Positions 10,685-22,516 are shown, counted from the first letter of the stretch. The stretch is DNA of 41,190 nt from Octopus bimaculoides (GCF_001194135.2 NC_068983.1:84596919-84638108), one strand, 5' to 3'. Numbers and translations: made by a program. Notes: a model not told the origin generated them from the sequence alone.

Positions 10685-11499
10685 TCTCTCTCTCTCTCTC
10701 TCATGCACACACACACGTATAGATAAGCTTCAGTTTACAAGTCTATTCATATAGATATATATACACCGAGAAGGAGATACATAAACATAGTAACACTTAT
10801 GGAAGAACGTATATATGTATGATATAGATACAATATATATGCCTTTCAATGTAATGCTAGCGTGATTATTGACATTCCTTTTCTTCGAGGAATCCTAAAA
10901 ATTAAAATCTTTGTGCCAGAATCTACTACTCTATTTTACTGCTGTGATTTGAAGGAGAGTAACTGACAAAGATCAACGTCTAGTAGCAGGTGGTTAACAT
11001 TAACTACCTTGCTCAGCATCACAAAGCACAGTTTGAAACGAGGTATGGACTCCGAAACTTCAACCAAGATTGTTGGGATTGCTGTTTAACGCTCAACGCA
11101 AACCCAATCGAATAGGCGATATTGTATTTTAGAATATAGCTATAGATTTTTAACTAACATTGTAAAGACAGATGTAAACACATTGTCTCTACTTAATATC
11201 TCCATGGGCTGTAAAAGAGGGATCAACTAGTCTAGTTTCAATCCCGTGCTGGGATTTCACCAACAGCCGAGTAGCCCCTTAAACACTCCACGTAAACACA
11301 GTTTATAATCCTACTTTTACTAAAAGCTTGATCGATTAATTTGTATATATATATAATACATTTTTGGCACTTAGTTTAATAGATAACTAATGTTAAACCA
11401 ACATAGGTACTTGAAACAGTAATCCTAATAATCAGGGAATGTGTAATTAAGAGCCTAGGTTGTATTTGTGCAATACTCCTAAATGATGCTAAGAGGAGT

Positions 11500-12830
11500 T
11501 ATGAGATTGGGGCAAAGTTGAAATAATGACTAACTTCTTTAGCAACTACAGTTTGTAGTAAAGTTTAAGATATGGTGTGACCAACATGTTTTTTTTGTTG
11601 TCAAGACTCTTATAGTCTCTCCAAATACAATTGTCAAGAGTGACGAAGATGGAAATATGTGTTTGTAGGTTCCTCTTGTATGAGCCTACTAACACAAACA
11701 ATTCGTCATAGTAATGAGGAAAAACGAGCAATTAAGATCGTAGAGTCAGGAAATCAATACGCAAGGGTAATGTATCCGATAAGTGAATAAAGTTATGGAG
11801 TAACATCTTATGGAAAATAGAACCAGATAAGATGCGATTCCACTTGAAAGTAGTGCATGATGTGCTTCTTACTTCGGCTAATGGCAAATGCTGGGCTGGA
11901 GCGACACTGCTCAGTGTCATCAGTACAGATGTTATGCATCATTGGAACATGTTCTGGCAGCATTTGACTTCGATTTCTAGCAGGTCAACCAACTCGTTAG
12001 TCATCTCTTGAAGAGTATACCTGGTGACGTAACAAGTCCTGATTATACTTGCCGATGCACTAAAACAACACTTTAGGAATGACAATCAACACAAAGTTGT
12101 ACCCTTTTGTTTTACACAAGAAGGATGAGAAAGGACACTGCAAAAGTGTAAACAAAGGAAAAATGTCAACCAGACTTCTGCTTGATACTAATGACTGGAA
12201 AGTGCAAATGGATTCGAAAGGAGCGTTCGTATTCCCAGGCAATATCGCAGTATTGATGCACTGTCCTGACCTTTTGGTCTGGTCTGATTTATCAAAAGAT
12301 TTCTGATTGCTGACTTGACGATACATTTGGAAAATAATATTGGAGTTGTCTTATGAAAAAAGAACCTAAAATATGTAGGATTCAGAGAAACGCACGAGCC
12401 ACGAAGATGGCAGGTTTCAAAGCTTTCAGTAAAGAAAACAGGATCTTGAGAGTTTGTGGTTACATCATAATTGACTGGCTTTGGAAGGACAGTAAAACAA
12501 TAATTTGTGATCTGGAGAAAGAAGCAGAAGATGATTCATCGCAAAAATGCCATTTGTGTGTAAGGGATAGATTAACGATGAGAGCAAAGTACAAATTTTT
12601 GGTGTGTTGTAAAAAATATAGCTGCTGCATGGCTTCTACAAGGTTGCTGCAGAAAGTAGTTAGAGCTGTATGTAGTTTGTTGTGGTGGCTGCATGGATTA
12701 ATTGTGGGAAACGTACTATAGTGAGGGCCAAAAGAACTCTTTTGCTGCTCGAACCCTCTAGGAGCGATACAATCGGAAGGTGTCGAAATTATTGTGATTT
12801 CAGCCGGAAGCTGATGAAGGAAGTGTTCTG
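11500..12830 (+). mobile_element. HERO-like (restriction-like endonuclease) non-LTR retrotransposon, 3' fossil 1
   Basis: Frame-shifted translation: KLWSNILWKIEPDKMRFHLKVVHDVL (from 11790), decayed zinc knuckle CHQYRCYASLEHVL, QVLIILADAL, LLDTNDWKVQMD...VFPGNIAVLMHCPDLLVWS (PD at 12265-12270), DLTIHLENNI...KKNLKY, DLEKEAEDDSS; the 5' and 3' limits are approximate. Confidence 0.8.
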
Positions 12831-13344
12831 TCGTGTAAACTATTTATAAATAATTATGAATATATGTGAGTGTTAAAGAGAGTGGAGGAGTACAGACATC
12901 ACCTCTCAGAGTAAACTTGGAATATAGTCTGGACGGCAGGGATAGGTTAGACATGAAAAATGAGGGATATGTGTTTCAGAGAGGTTTCTATGTTAATACT
13001 AGTGTGTAGCCTGGGGTTAGGTTGATTGACAATGCAGGGACGTAGAAGAAATATAATTTTACACACATACACGCGCGCGCGCGTGCAATTGTTTTGTTTT
13101 TATGCTGAGTTAATTATTTTTCTGAACGGTGTAATAAGTAATTACAAATACGAGATAGAATATATACTTTGTTTATAATCTGATGAATGAATACATGACT
13201 TCTGGTACAGCGAAGCTGAAGGAAAACAAAACATGATTACCTTTCTTATTGTCTTTGTTTCCATGCTCATAATTATTTTGCTGAAGAGTCTACTACTTAA
13301 CCAACCAACCTATCTATCTATCTATCTATCTATCCATTTATCTA

Positions 13345-13616
13345 TCTATCCACCCATCCACCTACTTCTCTTTCACTTTCTCGCTTTATCTTCTCCCCCT
13401 CTTTGTCTGTCTGTCTGTCTGCTAGTGTGTCCGTCCATTAATCTACCCACCTATTTATCGCTTTTTTTTGTCTCTCTTTCGCTATATCCTTTCATTCATT
13501 TATCTATCTTTCCCACTTTCTCGTTTTTTGTATACCTACCTACCTGCGTCTGTCTCTCTCTCTTTTCTCTCTCTCTCTTTTTTCTCTCTCTCTCTCTCTC
13601 TTTTCACTCTCTCTCT

Positions 13617-13681
<65 letters not shown>

Positions 13682-13870
13682 AGCTAGCTATTCACCCACC
13701 TATCTACCTACTCCTCTTTCAGTTTCTCACTTTATCCTTTTCCCACTCCCTGTCTGTCTTCTGCCAGTGCGTCCGTCCATTAATCTGCCCACATATTGAT
13801 CTCTTCTTTGTCTCTCTTTCGCTCTCTCCTTTCATTCATTTACCTCACTTTCTCGTTTTTTGTCTATCAA
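13345..13870. repeat. Imperfect tandem duplication (~350-bp period) in a pyrimidine-rich tract with (CT)n expansion
   Basis: gtccgtccattaatct.cccac.tatt...ctttcattcattta...cactttctcgttttttgt occurs near 13428-13530 and again near 13770-13862. Confidence 0.75.
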
Positions 13871-13964
13871 TCAATCAATCAATCAAAGGTGGAGATTTTA
13901 AGAAACTGATGGAAAATATTTCCTGAATGATGTGACTATAGAAAATAATAATTGTGCGTGCCTT

Positions 13965-14519
13965 TACGGTGCTAATTATTCTGTTCTACTCTAGGCACAA
14001 GGCCCGAAATTTTTAGGGCGGGGGCCAGTCGATTAGATCGACCCCAGTACGCAACTGGTACTTAATTTGTCGACCCCCGAAAGGTTGAAAGGCTAAGTCG
14101 ACCGCGGTGGAATTTGAACTCAGAACATAACGGCAGACCTATAGAGGGGACAAACAAGGACAGACAAAGCGATTGAATCAATTACATCGACGCAAGTGCG
14201 TAACTGGTACTTAATTTATCGACCCCGAAAGGATGAAAGGCAAAGTCAACCATGGCGGATACGGTGCTAACTAATACCGCTAAGCATTTCGCCCGACGTG
14301 CTAATGTTTCTGCCAGCTCGCCGCCTTTCTAAAATAATTATTTCTATTCTAGGCACAAGGCCTTGAAAATCTTTTGGGGGGAAGGATGCTAGTCGATTAC
14401 ATCGACCCCAGTGTTTAACTAGTACTTATTTTATCGACCCCGAAAGGATGAAAGGCAAAGTCGACCTCGGCGGAATTGAACTCAGAACGTAGCGGCAGAC
14501 GATTACGGTGCTAACTATT
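13965..14519 (-). mobile_element. Composite of three SINE family A segments
   Basis: Two head-less copies (13981-14140, 14335-14500) flank one headed copy with an alternative tail (14141-14328); tacggtgctaa(t/c)ta occurs at 13965, 14260 and 14504. Confidence 0.9.
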
Positions 14520-15630
14520 GAATGCTGAAATGTTTACTTATATTTATTTAACTTTGTTGTTAAACTGAAAAATATATAGTACGAAAGACCCCCGCTTCAT
14601 TTGAAATATTAGTCTCCACTTCATTTCTTGGTGCAACAATGTACACCTCTTCAATTTTTTTACTTTCAGCCCAACCAAGCTAGTGAATATCCTCGAATAT
14701 TCACATATAGTTAATTTTCGACTACGTACCGCAAGAATACGTTGCTAGAAATGTGAAATTTACCGAAAATTACATAACTAGAATTGCAAAGAACCTTATA
14801 TCACATTGATTCTAATTTCTCAATGAACTATACACCTCTGTACTTGAATACACTGTTTTGGATATAGTCCAAATGTTTAATCATTATGAGCACTACGTTT
14901 CAACGAGAAACCACAATAAAATATTAATAGTGTATAAATGATCATTATTTTTGTTAATGATAACGATTATTAAAAGGTAGCGAGCATGATGTCTAGAGTT
15001 GTGTACTGTACGTGTTGACATAGGTAAACAAATAAACAAAAGTGTTTGGGTTCGAAGAACAGCCGGCATTTTCAGAGTTGTTATTGTAACAAAGGACAAA
15101 AATGAACAAATGAAATACAAACACGATGTAGAAAGCTTAATCGATCTGTTGTGTAGCTTAAGTCGAATTCGATCTTTTCCAATAAGAGTCAAATTACGAA
15201 ACAAAACATGTGATTTACGCAATCTTTGACACGAAAACTTTAAAGTATTGATTCGTGACTCTGTCGAGTATTTCTGCAACACCGCAGCTTTAATTCACAA
15301 ACGGATGTGCATAATTAAGTAAAATAGAATTAGATATTTAATTGAATATTGACTTCTACAATGGTTCTGTATTCGAGGGAACCGAAAATTTACTCAATAT
15401 TTAGATCTCATTCACTTTCTTAACCCCTGAAGCAATTCTCACAAAACGTGGTTAGACTTGTTAGATTTTTTTTCATAAAGTTCTCAGTCAGTCTGTAGAA
15501 AATTTTACAACATAGTAATCAGTAATATATTAAACGATTTACAATTTGTAGGCTACATTTTATCTCCCTCGTCGTCTTTCTGAACATTATTAAAAAGGAT
15601 TTTCTAACATTCGTACACCGTGTACATTTT

Positions 15631-15685
<55 letters not shown>

Positions 15686-15713
15686 GTCGATTAAGTCTAC
15701 CCGAGTACGCGAC

Positions 15714-15860
15714 TGTGGAGGCGCTCGGTCTAGTGCTTAGAATGTTAGCCTCATGATCTAAGGTTGTATGTTCGATTCTTGGACTGGGTGGTGCGTTGTG
15801 TACTTGAGTAAGGTATTTCATTTTGCATTGCTCCAGTCTACTCAGGTGAAAAGTGAGTAG
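15714..15860 (+). mobile_element. SINE family C head and central segment
   Basis: tgtggaggcgctcggtctagtgcttag...gttcgattctt...gcgttgtgtacttgagtaag...gctccagtctactcagg. Confidence 0.7.
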
Positions 15861-16729
15861 CACCGTGGTGGTGCAGTCCCCTTTCATTCCTGTTGTCGCA
15901 TCTTTGATGTTCTGTTGGGTTATGGTTGAGAGAACGCAGAGGTTGTATATGTCTGCTCCGGCTACACAGGCACCAAAAACAATTAATGAAAGTATTGTAC
16001 AAGCTTCTAAGTCATACTTGCATGCAAGTGTCGACTATACAGTTTTTTAGTATTTGGCTGGTAGGGCCACTTTCGTGGTTTTAAATTACAATATAAAGGG
16101 AAACAACAGAAATGTCATAAGGCATTTTTATCCGGTGTACTTCTGATTCTGCTAGCTATTAACACCGCAATATTAAAACTAGCTATAAAAGACAACAAAG
16201 AAACAATAATAGAACGCATATAAACAAACAAGTATAAGCGTGAATTTAGGAAACTAGAGAAAAATACTAAAATCAAAATTTATTTCATAAGTATTATTTA
16301 ATAATTTGAGCCAAACTATTTGAATATTGGAAATAGAAGCCATTTTAAGACGCTCAAGGAAATAAAAAATAATACGAGTATATATGTGACAAATATCAGA
16401 TTATATTTTCGGGAACAAAATGAAGTTTCGTTTTTACATTTAATTCGAAACCATTCAAAATTACTCCTACAAATGTAGAATTTACGAAGAAGTAAATTAT
16501 CAACAAAATTCGTTTTCGTGAATCCTTGGATTGTATAAACAAAAGTTAAATTAAATTAACTCAACGCGAAAGAACATTTTGTGGCTATATTTTTATTTGA
16601 ATATCAGTTGCCAAGGTTAATGATACTGTTATAACAAATAGTTCAGTAATAATTACCCTGGCGATCAATACAATCTGATACTAAATATGTCAACAGAAAC
16701 CATCCAACATAGAACATTGTACGTGATTT

Positions 16730-16790
16730 CTCGATCTGCCAGAAATACAGCTAAATGCCCTTAAAACCAGACCCTGCTGTCTTAGCTCGT
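16730..16790 (+). mobile_element. Repeat family D fragment
   Basis: gatctgccagaaatacagctaaatgcccttaaa resembles gatctgctgtaaatagctagcaaatcttcctcaaa at 33627-33661. Confidence 0.45.
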
Positions 16791-16840
16791 GCTATTTGAA
16801 ACTGTTGGATTGACAGATAGGGCTTCTTATGTTGCAGGAA

Positions 16841-17097
16841 TGAAGGTGCATAGCCTAGTAGTGATTAGGGGTGTTGCAAGACCATGGTTTCAATTCCAAG
16901 ACCGGTCGGTGCTTTGTGTTCTTGAGTATAACACTTTATTTCATTTTGCTCCTGTCCATTCGGGGGTAAATGAATAACCCTACGACGGACTGGCGTCCCG
17001 TTCAGGGAAGAGGGGAGGGGTATATATTATGATCTCGCTCTCTTATACGTCATGGCAACCGAGAAGATAGCTCTATGAGTCCTCGTACTCAAGACAG
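16841..17097 (+). mobile_element. SINE family C head with a Meta-domain-like body
   Basis: C-type head, then aaccctacgacggactggcgtcccgttcaggg...catggcaaccgag, resembling the MetaSINE central domain as I remember it. Confidence 0.65.
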
Positions 17098-17183
17098 TAA
17101 TGTTCAGAGGAGTTACTTTTGTGTTACAGGAAACATTTCTTGACAAGGAATTTTGAGGCGACGTCTCCCTAAAGTCCATGCAT

Positions 17184-17239
<56 letters not shown>

Positions 17240-17986
17240 NNNNNNNNNNNNNNNNNNNNNNNNNNNNNNNNNNNNNNNNNNNNNNNNNNNNNNNNNNNNN
17301 NNNNNNNNNNNNNNNNNNNNNNNNNNNNNNNNNNNNNNNNNNNNNNNNNNNNNNNNNNNNNNNNNNNNNNNNNNNNNNNNNNNNNNNNNNNNNNNNNNNN
17401 NNNNNNNNNNNNNNNNNNNNNNNNNNNNNNNNNNNNNNNNNNNNNNNNNNNNNNNNNNNNNNNNNNNNNNNNNNNNNNNNNNNNNNNNNNNNNNNNNNNN
17501 NNNNNNNNNNNNNNNNNNNNNNNNNNNNNNNNNNNNNNNNNNNNNNNNNNNNNNNNNNNNNNNNNNNNNNNNNNNNNNNNNNNNNNNNNNNNNNNNNNNN
17601 NNNNNNNNNNNNNNNNNNNNNNNNNNNNNNNNNNNNNNNNNNNNNNNNNNNNNNNNNNNNNNNNNNNNNNNNNNNNNNNNNNNNNNNNNNNNNNNNNNNN
17701 NNNNNNNNNNNNNNNNNNNNNNNNNNNNNNNNNNNNNNNNNNNNNNNNNNNNNNNNNNNNNNNNNNNNNNNNNNNNNNNNNNNNNNNNNNNNNNNNNNNN
17801 NNNNNNNNNNNNNNNNNNNNNNNNNNNNNNNNNNNNNNNNNNNNNNNNNNNNNNNNNNNNNNNNNNNNNNNNNNNNNNNNNNNNNNNNNNNNNNNNNNNN
17901 NNNNNNNNNNNNNNNNNNNNNNNNNNNNNNNNNNNNNNNNNNNNNNNNNNNNNNNNNNNNNNNNNNNNNNNNNNNNNNNNNNNNNN
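17240..17986. other. Assembly gap (N run)
   Basis: N run between (GA)n and (TA)/(TG)n. Confidence 1.
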
Positions 17987-18021
17987 TATATATTTGTGTG
18001 TGTGTGTGTGTGTGTGTACAG

Positions 18022-19040
18022 ACACACATCACTGGTCCAAGTTACACTGACAAGACACCTTGTACATCGGAGGGTAAAAAATACCACCATCGACTATTAC
18101 AACAATTCCAGTTCGATGGTTTCTTCTGGCTTCCTGAAGTCTGATTGGCCCCCAGCTAGAAGTGGGGGTAATCTTCGGGTGCATAATCTTTGTGTTTCTC
18201 TTCGCGTTGGTAATGGATATTTTGGTCAAGTCAACAGAGACGGGTTACTGTTACCCACTTTCAGAAAATCAGGAATAAGACAACAATCATAACAGTGCGG
18301 GGAGCCAGACGAATTCTCCAGGAGTTAGGGAAGGTTGCAGTCTGATCGTAGATAAGTTTCAAACATGGACATTTTTGGTGTATAATTTTGAAGAAAAGAA
18401 AAAGTATCAGAAATTTCTCTTAAAGGTGTGAGAAAATCAGATCCTGTCGATCACAGGAAAGAAAGGGGAAGAGACACCGAAAGATTTTCAACTGCAGACT
18501 AAATGGCACAGGCACCGATAAGGTGATTAGAGCTGACCTAGAGTGTTGGGTGAGAGCTTTAGGCAAGTGGGGGTTATCAGGGAGAGTCAAGGACCGGATT
18601 TACTTGCATGGGATACTCCCCTACATCGTCTAGCCATTACTCATTTATCAAGACCCAAGACTAGTGAAAAGCTTTCAGCGTTATTTCAATTGCCATCTTT
18701 GCAGATGACTGGATTTGTATGGCAGTTTGAGCAGTATTTGGTTGCATGGAAACAGTAACAAGTTTAGGCTTCCATTTAGTTCTGTCAAGGAGGAATTCGT
18801 CGTCATATGTACACGAGAACATTTGCAATGTGCCAGTTTAAGGGATACCAAAGTGAAGAGTGCAAGGATCACTTGAAAATAGTGAGGAAGTAGACGGTAA
18901 CAAGACAGCTCCTCTTATTGATTAACTGTGATATGGGCAGAGAGGATGGAGGAAGCACAAAACAAGGAGATAGCAGAGTATTAGGAGTCGGTAGATGACT
19001 GATGCAAGAAAGGGTGGAAAGCCAGGTGTTTTCCAGTCCG
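18022..19040 (+). mobile_element. HERO-like non-LTR retrotransposon fossil 2 (RT to endonuclease, internally deleted)
   Basis: SLVQVTLTRHLV...IDYYNN, LEVGVIFGCIIFVFLFALVMDILVKS, KSGIRQ, GARRILQEL, GLSGRVKDRIYLHGILPYIV*PLLIY, GNSNKFRLPFSSVKEEF...TREHLQ...RDTKV, then LTVIWAERMEEAQ...KGWKARCFPV. Confidence 0.88.
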
Positions 19041-19153
19041 ACAGTAGAGCCTATATTTATTGTTATTAACTTACCAAGAGATTTGAAGAATATAGCGAAC
19101 ATCAGAGAAATACATTATTTATGTTTTATGACTTGAAGGTATTGTGTTCTGTA

Positions 19154-19158
<5 letters not shown>

Positions 19159-19243
<85 letters not shown>

Positions 19244-19250
19244 GAGAGAC

Positions 19251-19281
<31 letters not shown>

Positions 19282-19355
19282 AAGACAGAGAGAGGGGGAG
19301 AGAAAGAAAGAAAGAAAGAGGGAGGGAAAGAGGAAGAGTGAGAGAAATGGAGAGA
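19159..19355. repeat. (GA)n and degenerate purine-rich microsatellite
   Basis: Long GA run grading into GACA/GAAA/GGA units; source of the ERER/SLSL ORFs. Confidence 0.95.
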
Positions 19356-19888
19356 GTATGTCATTTAATAGTTTGGCCTCAAAGATTGTATATTTTAGAA
19401 GCTTATTTTCATTTCACTCTCGTAAATCTACTTAAGATTATTGTAAGTCTAACAACAATGCAGCATTTCTGACACGTTATGACATAACTGAGAGCATACC
19501 GATGTTCCACAACTCTTCGTTTGGGTGATCTTTTGATACGTAAAATGGCCGACAAAAGTGAAAGATAATTGTCAGTAATAAAGTGTAAGCACTCAATCGG
19601 CATTTTAGATATTTTAATGTCTTTGAGAGACAACAATCATAATATAAATTTATATGTGAAGTGATATAGCAATTATTTCAACTGAGATTAAATACAGATA
19701 TTGAATACTATATTTATTATATTATATATTATATTTTCTGTCTGTTTAATTGAAAGCTCACACGTACGATAAGTATTCGTCATATTCTGACCATGTATAA
19801 GTAAAATGTTTTTGTTAAAATTCAGTAACTGAATGAAAATGCATTTAGTAAAATTATTTTATTAAAATCTTGAAATAGTAAAAAAATG

Positions 19889-20150
19889 GGATCTTTTTTA
19901 AAACGGGGGCCACATTTTTCATTAACGAAACACTTTGAAACTTGGAACACTGGTAGAATGGGTCATATAAAACATCTTTTTCTCTTAGTCTTCTTTAAAA
20001 AAAAAGAAATCCATAAATTATTCCATGTTAAAGTTGTCGTCCATTCAGCCGATATACATTAAGTGCCGACTACATAAACAAACGATTCTGAAACAACTAA
20101 TCCTAACCCTAACCCTAACTCTAACCCTAACCCGTTTTAAAAAAAGATCC
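19889..20150. mobile_element. MITE-like element with ~20-bp inverted repeats, repeat-E core and (CCCTAA)n tract
   Basis: ggatcttttttaaaacggg (19889-19907) versus cccgttttaaaaaaagatcc (20131-20150); cctaaccctaaccctaactctaaccctaaccc at 20102-20133. Confidence 0.6.
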
Positions 20151-22038
20151 AAAAAATGATTACATACTGTAGTAATGTCTAACCGAGGACGTGACTATTA
20201 TACATTCTTTGTTTTGGGGACACAACACCAGTCGAACTTTTGTCGGCCTTTCCACGAAATTTGAAAGATGACATTGGTGTCACTTTTTAGCGTGCGGTCA
20301 CCTTAACCATTTTTACTTTAACGTACGATCTACCTGGTCATTTATACTGTAGTGTGCGGCCTAGCTCTAACCGTAACCATGATCTTAAACCTTAACCTAG
20401 CCCTAATCGTATCCCAGATCAGGTCATTTCACAGCGTAGGCTACAGATACTGCAGTAGAGTGTACGCTAACATCATCCTTCGTTTGAAAAATAAACCATT
20501 TCATTGTTTCGAGTTTGGTATCTCACTGTCTTACGTTCAATTTGTAACGGGTGGGACTTCGTCAATAAAATGATATAATGAAAGCAGCGTGCCTATTCAT
20601 TTACGAAGAGTATTGTATCGGTGAAATAAATCGTTATATATTTTCACTTTCCACGAGTGAGTGATACAATCTTGAATCAGCACCAGTTTATAGTTGGTAT
20701 ATATTTGTATAACCCGCTGAAGAATGAACTCCAAAATCAGTTTCAGTACAAAGTGTATTAAAAAACAGAGGATCACAATTTAAGTGTTAAAAAAAGAAAG
20801 TTGGGAGACAGCATTTGATAATTGTAAGGCAGATGAAAGACGGATTTTTAAAATATGAAGAATAGTATGGTATGGTTTGGATCTTTAAATCTCATGGATT
20901 ATTAAACTATACAGCAAAAGCTAACATACACCAGATGACTTACTACACATATTCATAACCAAGTAGGAGAGGTTATCAATTGATATAGATTAACGTTTGT
21001 AATATGTCACATCTTTCAGAGTCAATGTGTTATTGTACTGACCTTTATGTCAAGCGCTTTCATCCTCGTCACCGTTTGAGCTGGCTTTCCGAACAGAGGT
21101 ATTTACCATTCATTAATCTAAGTTACGAAGAAATATTCACTTCTTAAAGGAGATAAGTTAGTATTTTTGGATATTTGTGTTTTAATACATTTGTTGAAAA
21201 TGTCCTCTTGTATGAACGTGTGGATGTGCGCGCGTATACTTTATTGTTAGCTAAGACATATATACGCACAAATGTATACGCGTGCGCGTGATTTCTTTTT
21301 CTATGGCTAGATAATATACACAGAAAGGTGGGTGTGTTTTCTTTATTTTTAATGCTAGATGATACACAAAGCTGCAGTATTTGTGAGAGTGATTTCTTTT
21401 TTATATTTAGATAATACAAACACACAATGGTTTGTGTATTATTTCATCCATCTTTTAGTATATGAGATAATTTATACCACAATTATAGTAAATCGGTTAT
21501 AATAAATAGCTGTATTTTATAATAGTATGAAGTCTAAGCAATCAAACATTTATTTTCTTCTTCAGAGCGTTTACTTTGCTGCCATTAGATTACATTTAAG
21601 TCCATTGAGAATGTTTTCGCTTCAAAATGACGTCACCATTGTTGTTAAAAATATATCTATCATATAAAGCTGTATACACATATATTTTAGACAAGAGAAT
21701 AAGATTGCGTGACGCTCATATTTTTTTTTTATATCAAACTAAAAGTAATTATGAAATAATTGTTAAGATTTTTTCAGCAAGAGAACGTAGACTGGCAGGA
21801 TTTAAAAAGCTATGGACAATATCCATTAAAGCCGATAGTTAGGTTCCTTTACGCTGTGAGTTCAAATTGCAAGAGGAGCTCTATCATTCATTTTTCCAAA
21901 TCACTAGTTTTAAATACTGAAATTTTTACATTCAACTATAATCACTCCACAAGATTTTTTTTACCTTCTGCCTATGTTTGAAATCAATAAACGACGTTGT
22001 ACAGTATAAGCACTTATTTGAGATAGAAGATAAACCTG

Positions 22039-22217
22039 CTGACGACATGTAAACGATTAGATAAGTGGTTCACATCAAACTAGTCGGTCGGTTACGGCTC
22101 TGAAGACGATAACTTAGGGTGGCGGTTCCCTATATTTTAAGTCGATTAATCGACCGATTGATAAAATTGAATCATGAACCCATCCAAACATGTATCTGAA
22201 ACAGCTGTAAGCTTCTG
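22039..22217 (+). ncRNA. Tandem cluster of decayed hammerhead-like motifs
   Basis: CTGACGA(22039)-stem-aaacTAGTC(22085); CTGAAGA(22100)-stem-ATTAATC; GAAACAGCTGTAAG(22198), shared with the 9.4-kb motif. Confidence 0.45.
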
Positions 22218-22516
22218 ATAAATAAATGTATATAAGCCATTATTTCTGTCTGTTTTCTGCATCACTCTGTAACAGCATACCATCTTAACTTGGTAACAGA
22301 ACCGTGCCTTTATCGAATTTGACTAGTGACGCACTTTGATTTCGGATTATCTGGAGCAGAATACAAATCACAGGAAGTTTTTGTTGGCCTGGTGTATTTT
22401 TATCTACAGAGAGCTTAAGAAGTATTTCGCTCGGATTACTAACCTCTCTCTCTCCTTGATAAGTGCTAACGCACGAAAGTCTCGGCCCTTGAGTCACTCT
22501 GTTGATTCTGCTAAAT

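Noticed and set aside
10930-11000. VI*RRVTDK as a 5' extension of HERO fossil 1
   Set aside because: The same bases (gtgatttgaaggagag) also match repeat family D, so the assignment is ambiguous
12353-12721. 122-aa ORF as a host gene
   Set aside because: Mostly an off-frame read of the HERO-like fossil; only the DLEKEAEDDSS part is in the element frame
12780-12830. GAAA...CTGATGA as a type II/III hammerhead
   Set aside because: Stem I cannot form without consuming the core; more likely HERO 3'UTR sequence
13233-13799. 188-aa hydrophobic ORF
   Set aside because: Translation of (CTAT)n/(CT)n pyrimidine tracts within a tandem duplication
15412-15440. TTAACCCCT as a piggyBac terminus
   Set aside because: No matching opposite terminus (AGGGGTTAA) found in the window
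20717-20745. CTGAAGA followed by a small aact/agtt hairpin
   Set aside because: No GAAA, stem III or stem I partner; compatible with chance
21628-21635. Perfect CRE palindrome TGACGTCA
   Set aside because: A single 8-mer is near chance expectation in 41 kb and there is no promoter context
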